From: a virus
Taxonomy: Duplodnaviria; Caudoviricetes
Reading direction: 5' to 3' (one strand)
IMG/VR virus record: IMGVR_UViG_3300042328_000969
Span: 1 to 58,275 of that record
DNA length: 58,275 bases
Below, piece after piece: positions 39,694 through 47,782 of this stretch (its first letter is position 1; the number at the start of each line of letters is the position of its first letter). A model generated the notes under the pieces. It was not told where the DNA came from. It did no database searches and was given only the letters and a program-made list of their open reading frames with translations. Both the position numbers and the translations under genes were made by a program.

Positions 39694-40150
39694 TTTAGTA
39701 TTGACTGTAACTGAAAGATATGAACTTTTGGATGTTATATGTGAGATTCGCCCTATTCTCGAATCAGTGACGCATGAGGAAACTAAACGTAAATTATATG
39801 AATTGCAAGGTATGTTGCGATCAAAGGTTGCGTGTTCAGTAGACACTGAAAAGTATGTAAAAGATTTAGATTTTTATATTGGCGAAGAATATTGTGGCGA
39901 TTGGCATGCCGCTATGATAAACGAAGAAGATGGATGGGAAATTCCGACTATTGATGATTTAATAAAAATAAGTGAATGTATTGATAATCCACTTATGTAC
40001 ACGGCTGATGAACTTTACTGGTCAAATGAATCTCATTGTAAAACAAAGGCAACCTGCTACTTTTTTTATAATGATGACATTGTAACTGTATCTAAAAAAC
40101 ACGCTCATTATTATTTTTATATTTCGCGCAAAGGTGAGAAAAATGACTAA
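39686..40150 (+). CDS. Hypothetical protein (GWEIPTIDDL...YWS motif, DUF1566-like)
   Basis: GGAG RBS before ATG 39686. Confidence 0.55.
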   Translation: MSNLVLTVTERYELLDVICEIRPILESVTHEETKRKLYELQGMLRSKVACSVDTEKYVKDLDFYIGEEYCGDWHAAMINEEDGWEIPTIDDLIKISECIDNPLMYTADELYWSNESHCKTKATCYFFYNDDIVTVSKKHAHYYFYISRKGEKND

Positions 40151-41288
40151 CGAAGAACAACCTAAACACTCTTTACTGAGCGCAAGTGGTAGTGCTACTT
40201 GGCTATATTGCTCCGGTAGCGTCGCAGCGCAAAAGCCTTACAAAGAATCCCGTAGCGCATTTGCGGACGAAGGCACGGCAGCGCATGAGCTTGCAGAGAT
40301 ATGCTTGAAAGGTGATCTCAATCCGTTTGATTTTGAAGGTAAGCAATTGCCCGAAACGAACTGGATAACAGTAGATAAAACCATGTGCCACCATGTAAAT
40401 GATTACATGGATTTCATTGCAGAACACAAAGGTCATAAAATCTATGAGCAGAAACTCGACTACAGCGAGTACGCGCAGGACGGGTTTGGTACAGCCGATT
40501 GCATCATTCTAAATGACGATAACGTAACGATTATCGACTTGAAGTACGGTAAAGGCGTAAAAGTCTATGCTGATACTACGCAAACTAAAATCTACGCGCT
40601 AGGAGTCTATAGCGAGTTCGGTATGCTCGAAGATATCAAGACCATCACAATGATTATCTACCAACCGCGACTAGACCATATCGATGAATTGACAATAAGC
40701 ATTGAGGAGTTACTAGCATTTGGTGAGTGGGTAAAAGAGCGAGCAGAATTGGCTATGCAGGAAAACCCCCCGCTGACTGCTGGTGAGAAGCAGTGTCAAT
40801 GGTGTAAACACAAAGCACGATGCCCAGAGCTTATGCGCTACACAGAAAATGCCATTCAAAACGAGTTTGGTTTTTTCGACGAACTACCCAGTGTAAACAG
40901 GTTATCCGACGCAGAGCTTAACCTTGCACTGAGTAGCGCAACACTGATTAAATCTTGGCTAAATGCCATTGAAGAACACGTCAGAGAGCGCTTAGAATCG
41001 GGCAATGGCTTTACCGGCTACAAACTTGTCGAAGGTCGTAGTTCACGCGATTGGGCAAATATTGATGAGGCAGAAAGTGCGTTACGAATTGACCATACAG
41101 ACGAGGAACTTTACGAAATGAATTTTATCTCTGTAGCTAAATTCGAGAAGTTGGTAGGCAAGAAAAACATAAAAGACTTTGAAAATCTGATAGTTAAAAA
41201 ATCGGGTAAACCAACCGTTGTGCCAGAAAGTGACCCCAGAAAATCGTTGTCAGTTTCTGCAAATGATTTTTCTGAATTTGACGATTGA
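40143..41288 (+). CDS. DUF2800 Cas4-like PD-(D/E)XK exonuclease
   Basis: HSLLSAS..WLYC, EGTAAHEL, GTADC, IDLKYGKG, CQWC...C. Confidence 0.9.
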   Translation: MTNEEQPKHSLLSASGSATWLYCSGSVAAQKPYKESRSAFADEGTAAHELAEICLKGDLNPFDFEGKQLPETNWITVDKTMCHHVNDYMDFIAEHKGHKIYEQKLDYSEYAQDGFGTADCIILNDDNVTIIDLKYGKGVKVYADTTQTKIYALGVYSEFGMLEDIKTITMIIYQPRLDHIDELTISIEELLAFGEWVKERAELAMQENPPLTAGEKQCQWCKHKARCPELMRYTENAIQNEFGFFDELPSVNRLSDAELNLALSSATLIKSWLNAIEEHVRERLESGNGFTGYKLVEGRSSRDWANIDEAESALRIDHTDEELYEMNFISVAKFEKLVGKKNIKDFENLIVKKSGKPTVVPESDPRKSLSVSANDFSEFDD

Positions 41289-41313
41289 CAGATGCACTAA
41301 ATCAATCTAAACT
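41285..41313 (+). promoter_or_regulatory. Sigma70-type promoter (TTGACA-17-TAAACT)
   Basis: TTGACA at 41285-41290 and TAAACT at 41308-41313. Confidence 0.7.
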
Positions 41314-41447
41314 TAACTCAACTTATCTCTCCGGTTAAGTTAAAACGAGGATGGGAAATCACTTAATAGGCGATTTATCAATACCCCATCCTCACCTAAA
41401 TCCCATATACCCATAATCCCATATAGCCATAAGGCAGGAAGGTCAAA

Positions 41448-41972
41448 ATGTCAGATACACAAATTAAATTAGGTGATGTTCGTTTAAGTTTTCCATCTTT
41501 GTTTCGCAAAGCGGTTTTCGATAATGTTGAAACCAAATTCGAAGCAAATTTTTTGATGGAAAAAAACAGCAAAAACCATAAAATTACCCAAGCCGCAATT
41601 GATAAATTTATTGCGCAAACATTTCCCAACGGTGCGCCCAAAAACCTAGTTATCACTTGTTTTCAAGATGGGGATAAAAAAGGCATTGAAGGGTATGATG
41701 ACATGATGTCGCTTAAAGGCACATCAAATAAACGCATTCCAGTATTCGATAAAGACCGCTCACCTATTACAGAAGAAGATAACAAGGTGTATGCTGGGTG
41801 CTATGTAAACGCCATTTTTGACTTCTGGTATTCAAGTCATAAAAGAGGCGGTAACCAAATTCTATGTAATCTCCTTGGTGTTCAATTCAAGAGAGATGGC
41901 GATCCATTCTCTGATGCTAAAGTCGCAAGCGCTGATTTCTTTGACGACGAATCAGAAGAAGATGATTTCTAA
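41448..41972 (+). CDS. Single-stranded DNA-binding protein (DUF2815 / T7 gp2.5-like)
   Basis: VRLSFPSLF, YAGCYVNA, acidic tail ending in Phe (DDESEEDDF). Confidence 0.9.
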   Translation: MSDTQIKLGDVRLSFPSLFRKAVFDNVETKFEANFLMEKNSKNHKITQAAIDKFIAQTFPNGAPKNLVITCFQDGDKKGIEGYDDMMSLKGTSNKRIPVFDKDRSPITEEDNKVYAGCYVNAIFDFWYSSHKRGGNQILCNLLGVQFKRDGDPFSDAKVASADFFDDESEEDDF

Positions 41973-41987
41973 ATACTCTGTGTCCTC

Positions 41988-42054
41988 AGTGTGGTGAAAA
42001 GACGATTGGATTAACATCGTAAAAGTTAATTGACAGCTTGGAAAGACAAGCACT
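41988..42054 (+). ncRNA. C4-antisense-like RNA, copy 1
   Basis: Three-stem layout: AGTG / GTGAA / ACGAT..ATCGT / TGACA / GCTTG-GAAAGA-CAAGC / CACT. Resembles the P1 C4 / P4 CI family as recalled. Confidence 0.55.
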
Positions 42055-42230
42055 ATCAATAATCAACTTTACGAAGAATTGACAACCTTGGCTGGCAAGA
42101 ATCCAAACGTGAACCAGATATAAAGGATTGGCGATGTTGGAATCGACCAATCGGGTTGGCTCAAGACGCAGGTAGAATACGGTGTACAACGTATCGAAAT
42201 GTATAAGTAAGAGAGTTGATTATTGATAGT
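42052..42230 (+). ncRNA. Stem-enclosed structured RNA 1
   Basis: Perfect 17-bp inverted repeat 42052-42068/42214-42230. Confidence 0.55.
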
Positions 42231-42351
42231 ACGCGCACAGCGCACCTGTAATGGCCAGACGCTCAGAAATAGGAGACTTGGGATCGCTTGAAAGTACAGC
42301 GACGAATACTGAGATTACTATTGTGACAGCTTGGAAAGACAAGCACTATCA
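42231..42351 (+). ncRNA. C4-like RNA variant, copy 2
   Basis: 28-nt exact repeat TGACAGCTTGGAAAGACAAGCACTATCA (42324-42351 = 42031-42058), preceded by nested stems CTCAG/CTGAG and TCGCT/AGCGA. Confidence 0.45.
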
Positions 42352-42530
42352 CTAAAAGCATTGCTTGTAGCGTACCGCAATTCGCAACCTTGCAGCCTTT
42401 AATATCGGTAAAGCGCACTAGCTACGCGCTCGATTCGGGTTGAGATTACCGGTGACGGTAATTCACTAACTACATAGGGAAGATTAGAACTGATTGTAGT
42501 GGGGTAGTAAACAGTGCTTTTAGTGATAGT
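42345..42530 (+). ncRNA. Stem-enclosed structured RNA 2
   Basis: 16-bp perfect inverted repeat 42345-42360/42515-42530 enclosing several hairpins. Confidence 0.55.
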
Positions 42531-42653
42531 TAAACTGATTATTTAGCTATTGGCTTTTGTTGAATGTTTTAAGCACACTATATTTCGAGTGTATAGTGTG
42601 TTGCATTAAATCCTAGACACGCATATTGGCGTATGCGTGTCGCCTAATTGAGT

Positions 42654-42756
42654 TTTTAAAAGTAAGTTTGCGGGTGTCCTCATAGACCCAAAAAAGGTAT
42701 GAGTCAGTAGCTTTATATGTTCACTCTTATAAAATCAAGCAAACTTACTTTTAAAA
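42654..42756 (+). ncRNA. Stem-enclosed structured RNA 3
   Basis: 18-bp perfect inverted repeat 42654-42671/42739-42756. Confidence 0.55.
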
Positions 42757-42780
42757 CCTCAAGCTCCACCTAAAGACCTC

Positions 42781-42816
42781 ACCGACAATTTGTTACTCCA
42801 GATTGTCGGTTTTTTT
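42781..42816 (+). terminator. Terminator/attenuator upstream of DNA polymerase
   Basis: ACCGACAAT/ATTGTCGGT stem plus a T-run, ending about 23 nt before the pol ATG. Confidence 0.7.
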
Positions 42817-42839
42817 ATATTCACAAATAGGACACCCCT

Positions 42840-44636
42840 ATGAATACTTACATTATTGACACTGAGTGTTATAAAAACTATTGGTTATTTTTAGCCGTTA
42901 ACCACAAAACAGGTACATCGCTTGAAATAGAATTATTTGGCGAAGATGCAAAGTTAAATGAGCAGCAAGCCAAAAAGATACAGCGCCTATTTCTTAATCA
43001 TGAAACCGTTTCATTCAATGGGTTAAACTACGATATACCTGTTATACATGGCGCATTGGACGCATGGGATTGCTCAAAATTACACAAACTTTCCACAAAA
43101 ATAATCACAGATCAGCGCGTTACTTGGCAGATACTCAAAGAGCATAACCTCCAAGTCCCCACTTACGATAAACATATCGACATTATCGAAATCCCCATTG
43201 GACAGGCATCGCTTAAAATTTACGGTGGACGTATTCACACGCAGAAAATGCAAGACTTGCCAATTGATCCTAATGCGTTAATAAAAGATACTGAGCGTAG
43301 TTTGATGCGCAAGTATTGCAGAAACGATACGCAAGTTACAGGTGAACTGTTTGACAAGCTCAAAGGGCAGATAGACTTGCGCAAAGAGATGACACAGCAA
43401 TACGGTATCAACCTTAATTCAAAATCCGATGCGCAAATTGCTGAAACTATTATAAAATCAGAACTTTACGAGAAAACTGGCGAGCATTATCGTGCCACAA
43501 AGTTTGATGATAAATACACGTTTACTTATCGAAATCCAGATATTATTCAGTTTAAAACACAGGAACTCTGCGACATTTTTGACCAGCTAATTTATGAAAC
43601 CTTCACGCTAAAAGATAACGGTAGTGTTGAATTGCCTAAATGGTTAAGCGAACCTATTAAAATCGGCAATGCGTCATATCAAATGGGCATTGGTGGATTA
43701 CATTCACGCGAAGTTGAGCAACACATTAAATCCAGCAGTGGTTACTTTTTATCTGATTTTGATGTTGCCAGTTACTACCCATCAATTATCCTGCATCAAA
43801 GGTTATTTCCAGAATCAATGGGAGAGAATTTCCTTAACCTATATCGAGAGATTGTAAAAAAACGTATTACAGCGAAACACACAGGCGATAAAGTTACTGC
43901 CGATACACTTAAAATCGTACTCAACGGGAGTTTTGGTAAATTCGGTAGTAAATACAGTAGCTTATACTCACCACAATTACTCCTGCAAACAACAATCACT
44001 GGTCAGCTATCACTTCTCATGCTGATTGAAGAACTTGAATTAAACGGTATTCGCGTAGTTAGTGCAAACACCGATGGGATTGTGACGTATTACCACGAAA
44101 GTCAAATACCTACGCTACAAGATATTCTATTTAATTGGGAAATTCAAACCAGCTATACGCTAGAGCAAACCGATTACCGTGAACTGGCATCGCGTGATGT
44201 AAATAACTATATTGCCGTGAAGCTCGACGGTAAAACTAAATGTAAAGGGTGCTTTGGTGAAGCGTCAATGAGTAAAAACCCAGATGGTTTAATCATCTAT
44301 GAGGCGGTTGCTAAATTTATCGCTGACGGTACACCAATTGAAAAAACCGTTACCGAGTGTGAGGATATTAGAAAGTTTGTCACAGTTCGCAGAGTTACCG
44401 GTGGCGCATTGTTTAGAGGGGAGTATCTTGGTAAAGCAGTTCGCTTTTATCACAGTTGCGATTTAGGTCTTGTTGATATGTCACTTGTTTATGCAAAGAA
44501 TGGAAACAAAGTCCCGATGTCACAAGGCTGTCGTCCATTGATGAATTTGCCAAATGCTTTTCCAGAGGATGTTAATTTTTATTATTACTACACTAAGGCA
44601 AATGAAGTGTTAAAAGGTGTTGGCTACAAAGAATAG
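42840..44636 (+). CDS. DNA polymerase, family B-like
   Basis: Exonuclease IDTE and FNGLNYD; DVASYYP; LKIVLNGSFGK; SANTDG. Confidence 0.9.
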   Translation: MNTYIIDTECYKNYWLFLAVNHKTGTSLEIELFGEDAKLNEQQAKKIQRLFLNHETVSFNGLNYDIPVIHGALDAWDCSKLHKLSTKIITDQRVTWQILKEHNLQVPTYDKHIDIIEIPIGQASLKIYGGRIHTQKMQDLPIDPNALIKDTERSLMRKYCRNDTQVTGELFDKLKGQIDLRKEMTQQYGINLNSKSDAQIAETIIKSELYEKTGEHYRATKFDDKYTFTYRNPDIIQFKTQELCDIFDQLIYETFTLKDNGSVELPKWLSEPIKIGNASYQMGIGGLHSREVEQHIKSSSGYFLSDFDVASYYPSIILHQRLFPESMGENFLNLYREIVKKRITAKHTGDKVTADTLKIVLNGSFGKFGSKYSSLYSPQLLLQTTITGQLSLLMLIEELELNGIRVVSANTDGIVTYYHESQIPTLQDILFNWEIQTSYTLEQTDYRELASRDVNNYIAVKLDGKTKCKGCFGEASMSKNPDGLIIYEAVAKFIADGTPIEKTVTECEDIRKFVTVRRVTGGALFRGEYLGKAVRFYHSCDLGLVDMSLVYAKNGNKVPMSQGCRPLMNLPNAFPEDVNFYYYYTKANEVLKGVGYKE

Positions 44637-44687
44637 AAACTCACGATAATTTTTTCGTTTGAGTTTATTTTACATTGAGGAATAAAA

Positions 44688-44987
44688 ATGCTTGAAAAAG
44701 AAATTGAAAAATACCTGTGCGATCAAATTAAAAAAGTAGGTGGAACGTGTGAAAAATTTACATCGCCCAATCGTCGCTCAGTCCCAGATCGTTTAATTAC
44801 TTTACCATTTCAGCCGATATTTTTTGTTGAATGCAAAGCGCCTAAAAAGAAACCCACTGAAGCACAAGAACGCGATCATCAAAGACGACGCGAGATGGGC
44901 GTCCATGTCTATGTCATTGACTCAAAAGAAAGCGTTGATACTTTATTGCTTTATCGATTACCAGTGGAAGGCGATTATGCGCACTAG
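44688..44987 (+). CDS. VRR-NUC domain nuclease
   Basis: EKEIE...KFTSP...VPDR...FVECK...Q. Confidence 0.9.
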   Translation: MLEKEIEKYLCDQIKKVGGTCEKFTSPNRRSVPDRLITLPFQPIFFVECKAPKKKPTEAQERDHQRRREMGVHVYVIDSKESVDTLLLYRLPVEGDYAH

Positions 44988-47148
44988 AGCAGAACTCCGT
45001 CATTACCAAGTCAGAACCTCCTCGTTTCAAATTGAACAAGAGCGAACACTTTGTGCGCTTAAAATGGGGATGGGGAAAACAGCTTCTACGCTCACTACAA
45101 TCCACGATTTAATTGATGCTTGTGTGATTACCAAAGCACTTGTTATCGCGCCACTGAGAGTAGCTAATAGCGTCTGGGCGCAAGAAGCAAAGGAATGGGA
45201 ACATCTCAAAGATTTAAAATTCAAAATATGTACAGGCACAGAGCAAAAGCGCCTAGCCGCCTTGCACCATGATGCGGATGTTTATGTTATTAATCGAGAA
45301 AACGTGGTCTGGTTAGTGAATCACTATAGGGATAAGTTCCCCTTTCAAATGGTGGTGGTAGATGAGTGTTTTCCAGAGGGTACAATGATATTGACCCCTA
45401 CAGGACTTCGTGATATAAAAACTCTTGAAATTGGAGAATCTGTAATAACTTCAATTGGAGAAAAACCTATTACTAATATCTTTAAAAAAGAATCTTATGA
45501 CCTTATCAAATTATATTTATCAGACGGAACAAGTATTGAATGTACAGGAAATCATCCTTTTGCAACAGAAAAGGGGTGGATTCAAGCACGGGGATGTCGG
45601 GGTTTGCATTTTGTGCGGAACAATCTATATGAAACGCAAATTAACTCATCAGTTATGCAGCCGGTCTTGTTCAAAAAAACATATGCACAATATCAGAACA
45701 GAAGAACACAAAAAAGAAGTCATAGAAAAAACTTCAAAAACAGCAAAAAAGAATTACGCATCTGGACAAAGAACCACTTGGAACAAAGGGTTAGAATGGT
45801 CAGACGAAGTAAAACAAAAATTAAGTTTAGCTCACAAACTTTCTGGGCATCAACCAATTGTGCGCGGAGGGAATGGGAAAATTTCAGAATGCGAGAAGAT
45901 GATGAGGGAAATCTTACCGTCAGAATGGATAATGCAGTGTGCAATACCCACAAAAATGGGAAGAACCAGTGGCTATCCAACTTGCTACAAAGTAGATTTC
46001 GGAATTCCGCAAAAGAAAATTGCGTTAGAAGTAGATGGAAACTCTCACAGATCGCGAAAGCGGTTGGACGAAAAGAAAGATACCTTTCTTCAATCGTTAG
46101 GGTGGACAGTATTGAGAATATCCAACAATCGCGCTCAAGAAATGTATTCAATTTACAAATTAACGGGATCAATGATTATTTTGCCAACGGAATTTTAGTA
46201 CACAATTGCTCCAGCTTTAAAAGTGATAAAAGTAAACGTGTCAAAGCACTGCGCAAAGCATTACCTTATGTTCACTACATCACTCTACTGACAGGTACAC
46301 CCTCACCCAATGGCTTACTCGACCTGTGGTCACAATGCTATTTAGTAGATAACGGAAAAGCGCTTGGGCGAACCATGACTATGTATAAAAGCCGATTCTT
46401 TGAACAGGATTATAGCGGTTACAAATACACCCCTCGCAAAGATTCACAAAAGAAAATTGAAGCATTGATAGCGCCATTTACCATATCAATGGAAACAAGT
46501 GATTACCTTGATATGCCAGACTACATTGAATTATATGAAGAAATTCAATTAGAACCTGCGGTAATATCTAAATACAAGCAGTTTGAAAAAACACTATATC
46601 TTGATTTTGAAAATAGCGAAGTTGAAGCATTAAGCGCAGCGACACTTGCCAATAAGTTATTGCAGTATTGCGCTGGTGCTGTGTACGTCGATGAGTTTAA
46701 AAACTATGAAATAGTCCATGATGCAAAACTTGATGCGCTTGCAGACATTATTGAGCAGAACGATGGGGAGAATATCCTTGTTGCCTATAACTTCAAAAGC
46801 GATCTTGAGCGACTACTTAAACGCTTTCCAGACGGGCGAGTTCTCGATAAGCATCAAAGCACTATTGATGAATGGAACAATGGCGAAATACCCCTTCTAT
46901 TTGCGCATCCTCAATCAGCCGGTCACGGTCTTAATATCCAACACGGTGGTAGCATGATTGTGTGGTTTTCACTGAGCTGGAGTTTGGAGTATTACCAGCA
47001 GTTTAATGCTCGATTGTACCGGCAAGGACAGACTATGGCGGTAAGGATTATCCACTTAATCTGCAAAGGCTGCATTGACGAGCGAATCATTAACGTATTG
47101 AAAGATAAAGATATTGTGCAATCTGACTTACTTCGTGCATTAAAATAA
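44977..47148 (+). CDS. SNF2-like helicase containing an intein
   Basis: LRHYQ, MGMGKT, VVVDE|intein|CSSFK, LTGTP, GHGLNIQ, QFNARLYRQGQ; likely start ATG 44977. Confidence 0.92.
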   Translation: MRTRAELRHYQVRTSSFQIEQERTLCALKMGMGKTASTLTTIHDLIDACVITKALVIAPLRVANSVWAQEAKEWEHLKDLKFKICTGTEQKRLAALHHDADVYVINRENVVWLVNHYRDKFPFQMVVVDECFPEGTMILTPTGLRDIKTLEIGESVITSIGEKPITNIFKKESYDLIKLYLSDGTSIECTGNHPFATEKGWIQARGCRGLHFVRNNLYETQINSSVMQPVLFKKTYAQYQNRRTQKRSHRKNFKNSKKELRIWTKNHLEQRVRMVRRSKTKIKFSSQTFWASTNCARREWENFRMREDDEGNLTVRMDNAVCNTHKNGKNQWLSNLLQSRFRNSAKENCVRSRWKLSQIAKAVGRKERYLSSIVRVDSIENIQQSRSRNVFNLQINGINDYFANGILVHNCSSFKSDKSKRVKALRKALPYVHYITLLTGTPSPNGLLDLWSQCYLVDNGKALGRTMTMYKSRFFEQDYSGYKYTPRKDSQKKIEALIAPFTISMETSDYLDMPDYIELYEEIQLEPAVISKYKQFEKTLYLDFENSEVEALSAATLANKLLQYCAGAVYVDEFKNYEIVHDAKLDALADIIEQNDGENILVAYNFKSDLERLLKRFPDGRVLDKHQSTIDEWNNGEIPLLFAHPQSAGHGLNIQHGGSMIVWFSLSWSLEYYQQFNARLYRQGQTMAVRIIHLICKGCIDERIINVLKDKDIVQSDLLRALK
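45367..46206 (+). mobile_element. Intein (280 aa) in helicase Walker B
   Basis: Block A CFPEGT, block B CTGNHPF, block F VFNLQING, block G YFANGILVHN, +1 Cys. Confidence 0.92.
45497..46198 (+). CDS. Vsr/DUF559-like (EDxHD-type) homing endonuclease overprinted in the +1 frame of the intein
   Basis: CxxC...CxxxC, NUMOD3-like WNKGLEWSDEVKQKLSLAHK, SECE, YKVDF, ALEVDGNSH...D, GWTVLRI. Start uncertain (TTG 45455, ATG 45497 or later). Confidence 0.85.
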   Translation: MTLSNYIYQTEQVLNVQEIILLQQKRGGFKHGDVGVCILCGTIYMKRKLTHQLCSRSCSKKHMHNIRTEEHKKEVIEKTSKTAKKNYASGQRTTWNKGLEWSDEVKQKLSLAHKLSGHQPIVRGGNGKISECEKMMREILPSEWIMQCAIPTKMGRTSGYPTCYKVDFGIPQKKIALEVDGNSHRSRKRLDEKKDTFLQSLGWTVLRISNNRAQEMYSIYKLTGSMIILPTEF

Positions 47149-47160
47149 GTTAAGTTAAGG

Positions 47161-47188
47161 TTGACTGAGGGGATAAAATCAATAAAAT
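47161..47188 (+). promoter_or_regulatory. Sigma70-type promoter (TTGACT-16-TAAAAT) preceded by GTTAAGTTAAG
   Basis: Motif match upstream of a small-gene cluster; 10-bp hairpin at 47218-47251. Confidence 0.5.
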
Positions 47189-47340
47189 AGCTTCACGGTT
47201 TCTCGAAACAAAAAAATCCTACTGCCCCAAAGGAATAAACAGGCAGTAGGAATAGAGTCGAGGAGTCTAACACATGAACGCATTTCAAACAGTTGGAGTG
47301 GAATGCAAAGTGAGTATAACACAAACAAGAGGTTATATAA

Positions 47341-47520
47341 ATGCAAGTATTTGAAGATTTTACTTCTGACGCATATTGGTATGCTGAGGAAGAAGAAGAT
47401 GAGCGCAAGTATTGGACACACTCCCAATGGGATGCTTTCAATAAACAAAGAGCGATTGATACTGAAAAACAACTTAAAAAAATGTTAGGAGCAAGATATG
47501 TCGAACCAAAGAAAGTTTAA
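47341..47520 (+). CDS. Small acidic protein (59 aa; not in ORF track)
   Basis: AGAGG RBS; MQVFEDFTSDAYWYAEEEEDERKYW... Confidence 0.55.
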   Translation: MQVFEDFTSDAYWYAEEEEDERKYWTHSQWDAFNKQRAIDTEKQLKKMLGARYVEPKKV

Positions 47521-47764
47521 TAATCATGAGGTTATTTTAAAATTACTAACAACTGCGTTGGAACATGATAACCAACAAGAAGCCCTTAGTGATTTAACCT
47601 TTGAGCTTGTAGAGGCAGTAGGGTATTTAGTCGGTAGCACTGACAAACTAGAAGATAGGGAAATATTTATTAGAAAAATTAACAGTCAAATTAATGATTG
47701 CGTTGAAATGCTTGAAGGTGTTCGTGAAGAACTTAATACTAATTCAGCAACACTAGAAGCGTAA
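47498..47764 (+). CDS. Hypothetical protein
   Basis: AGGAG RBS, 88 aa. Confidence 0.6.
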   Translation: MSNQRKFNNHEVILKLLTTALEHDNQQEALSDLTFELVEAVGYLVGSTDKLEDREIFIRKINSQINDCVEMLEGVREELNTNSATLEA

Positions 47765-47782
47765 TAGCTGAGGACACAGGTA

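Noticed and set aside
41401-41431. CCATA repeats as antisense to start codons of late genes
   Set aside because: Matches are only 7-8 nt and expected by chance.
42031-42351. 28-nt repeat as a CRISPR mini-array
   Set aside because: Only two copies, 265 nt apart, with structured sequence between them; the Cas4-like gene is the ordinary DUF2800 exonuclease.
42052-42530. tRNA or hammerhead ribozyme
   Set aside because: No T-loop/CCA cloverleaf and no CUGAnGA core found by eye.
45566-45576. -1 slippery site A AAG GGG fusing intein and endonuclease
   Set aside because: The nuclease is in the +1 frame, so a -1 shift would not reach it.
45720-46172. Antisense 150-aa ORF within the intein
   Set aside because: No recognisable motif or RBS; probably a by-product of the dual-coding constraint.
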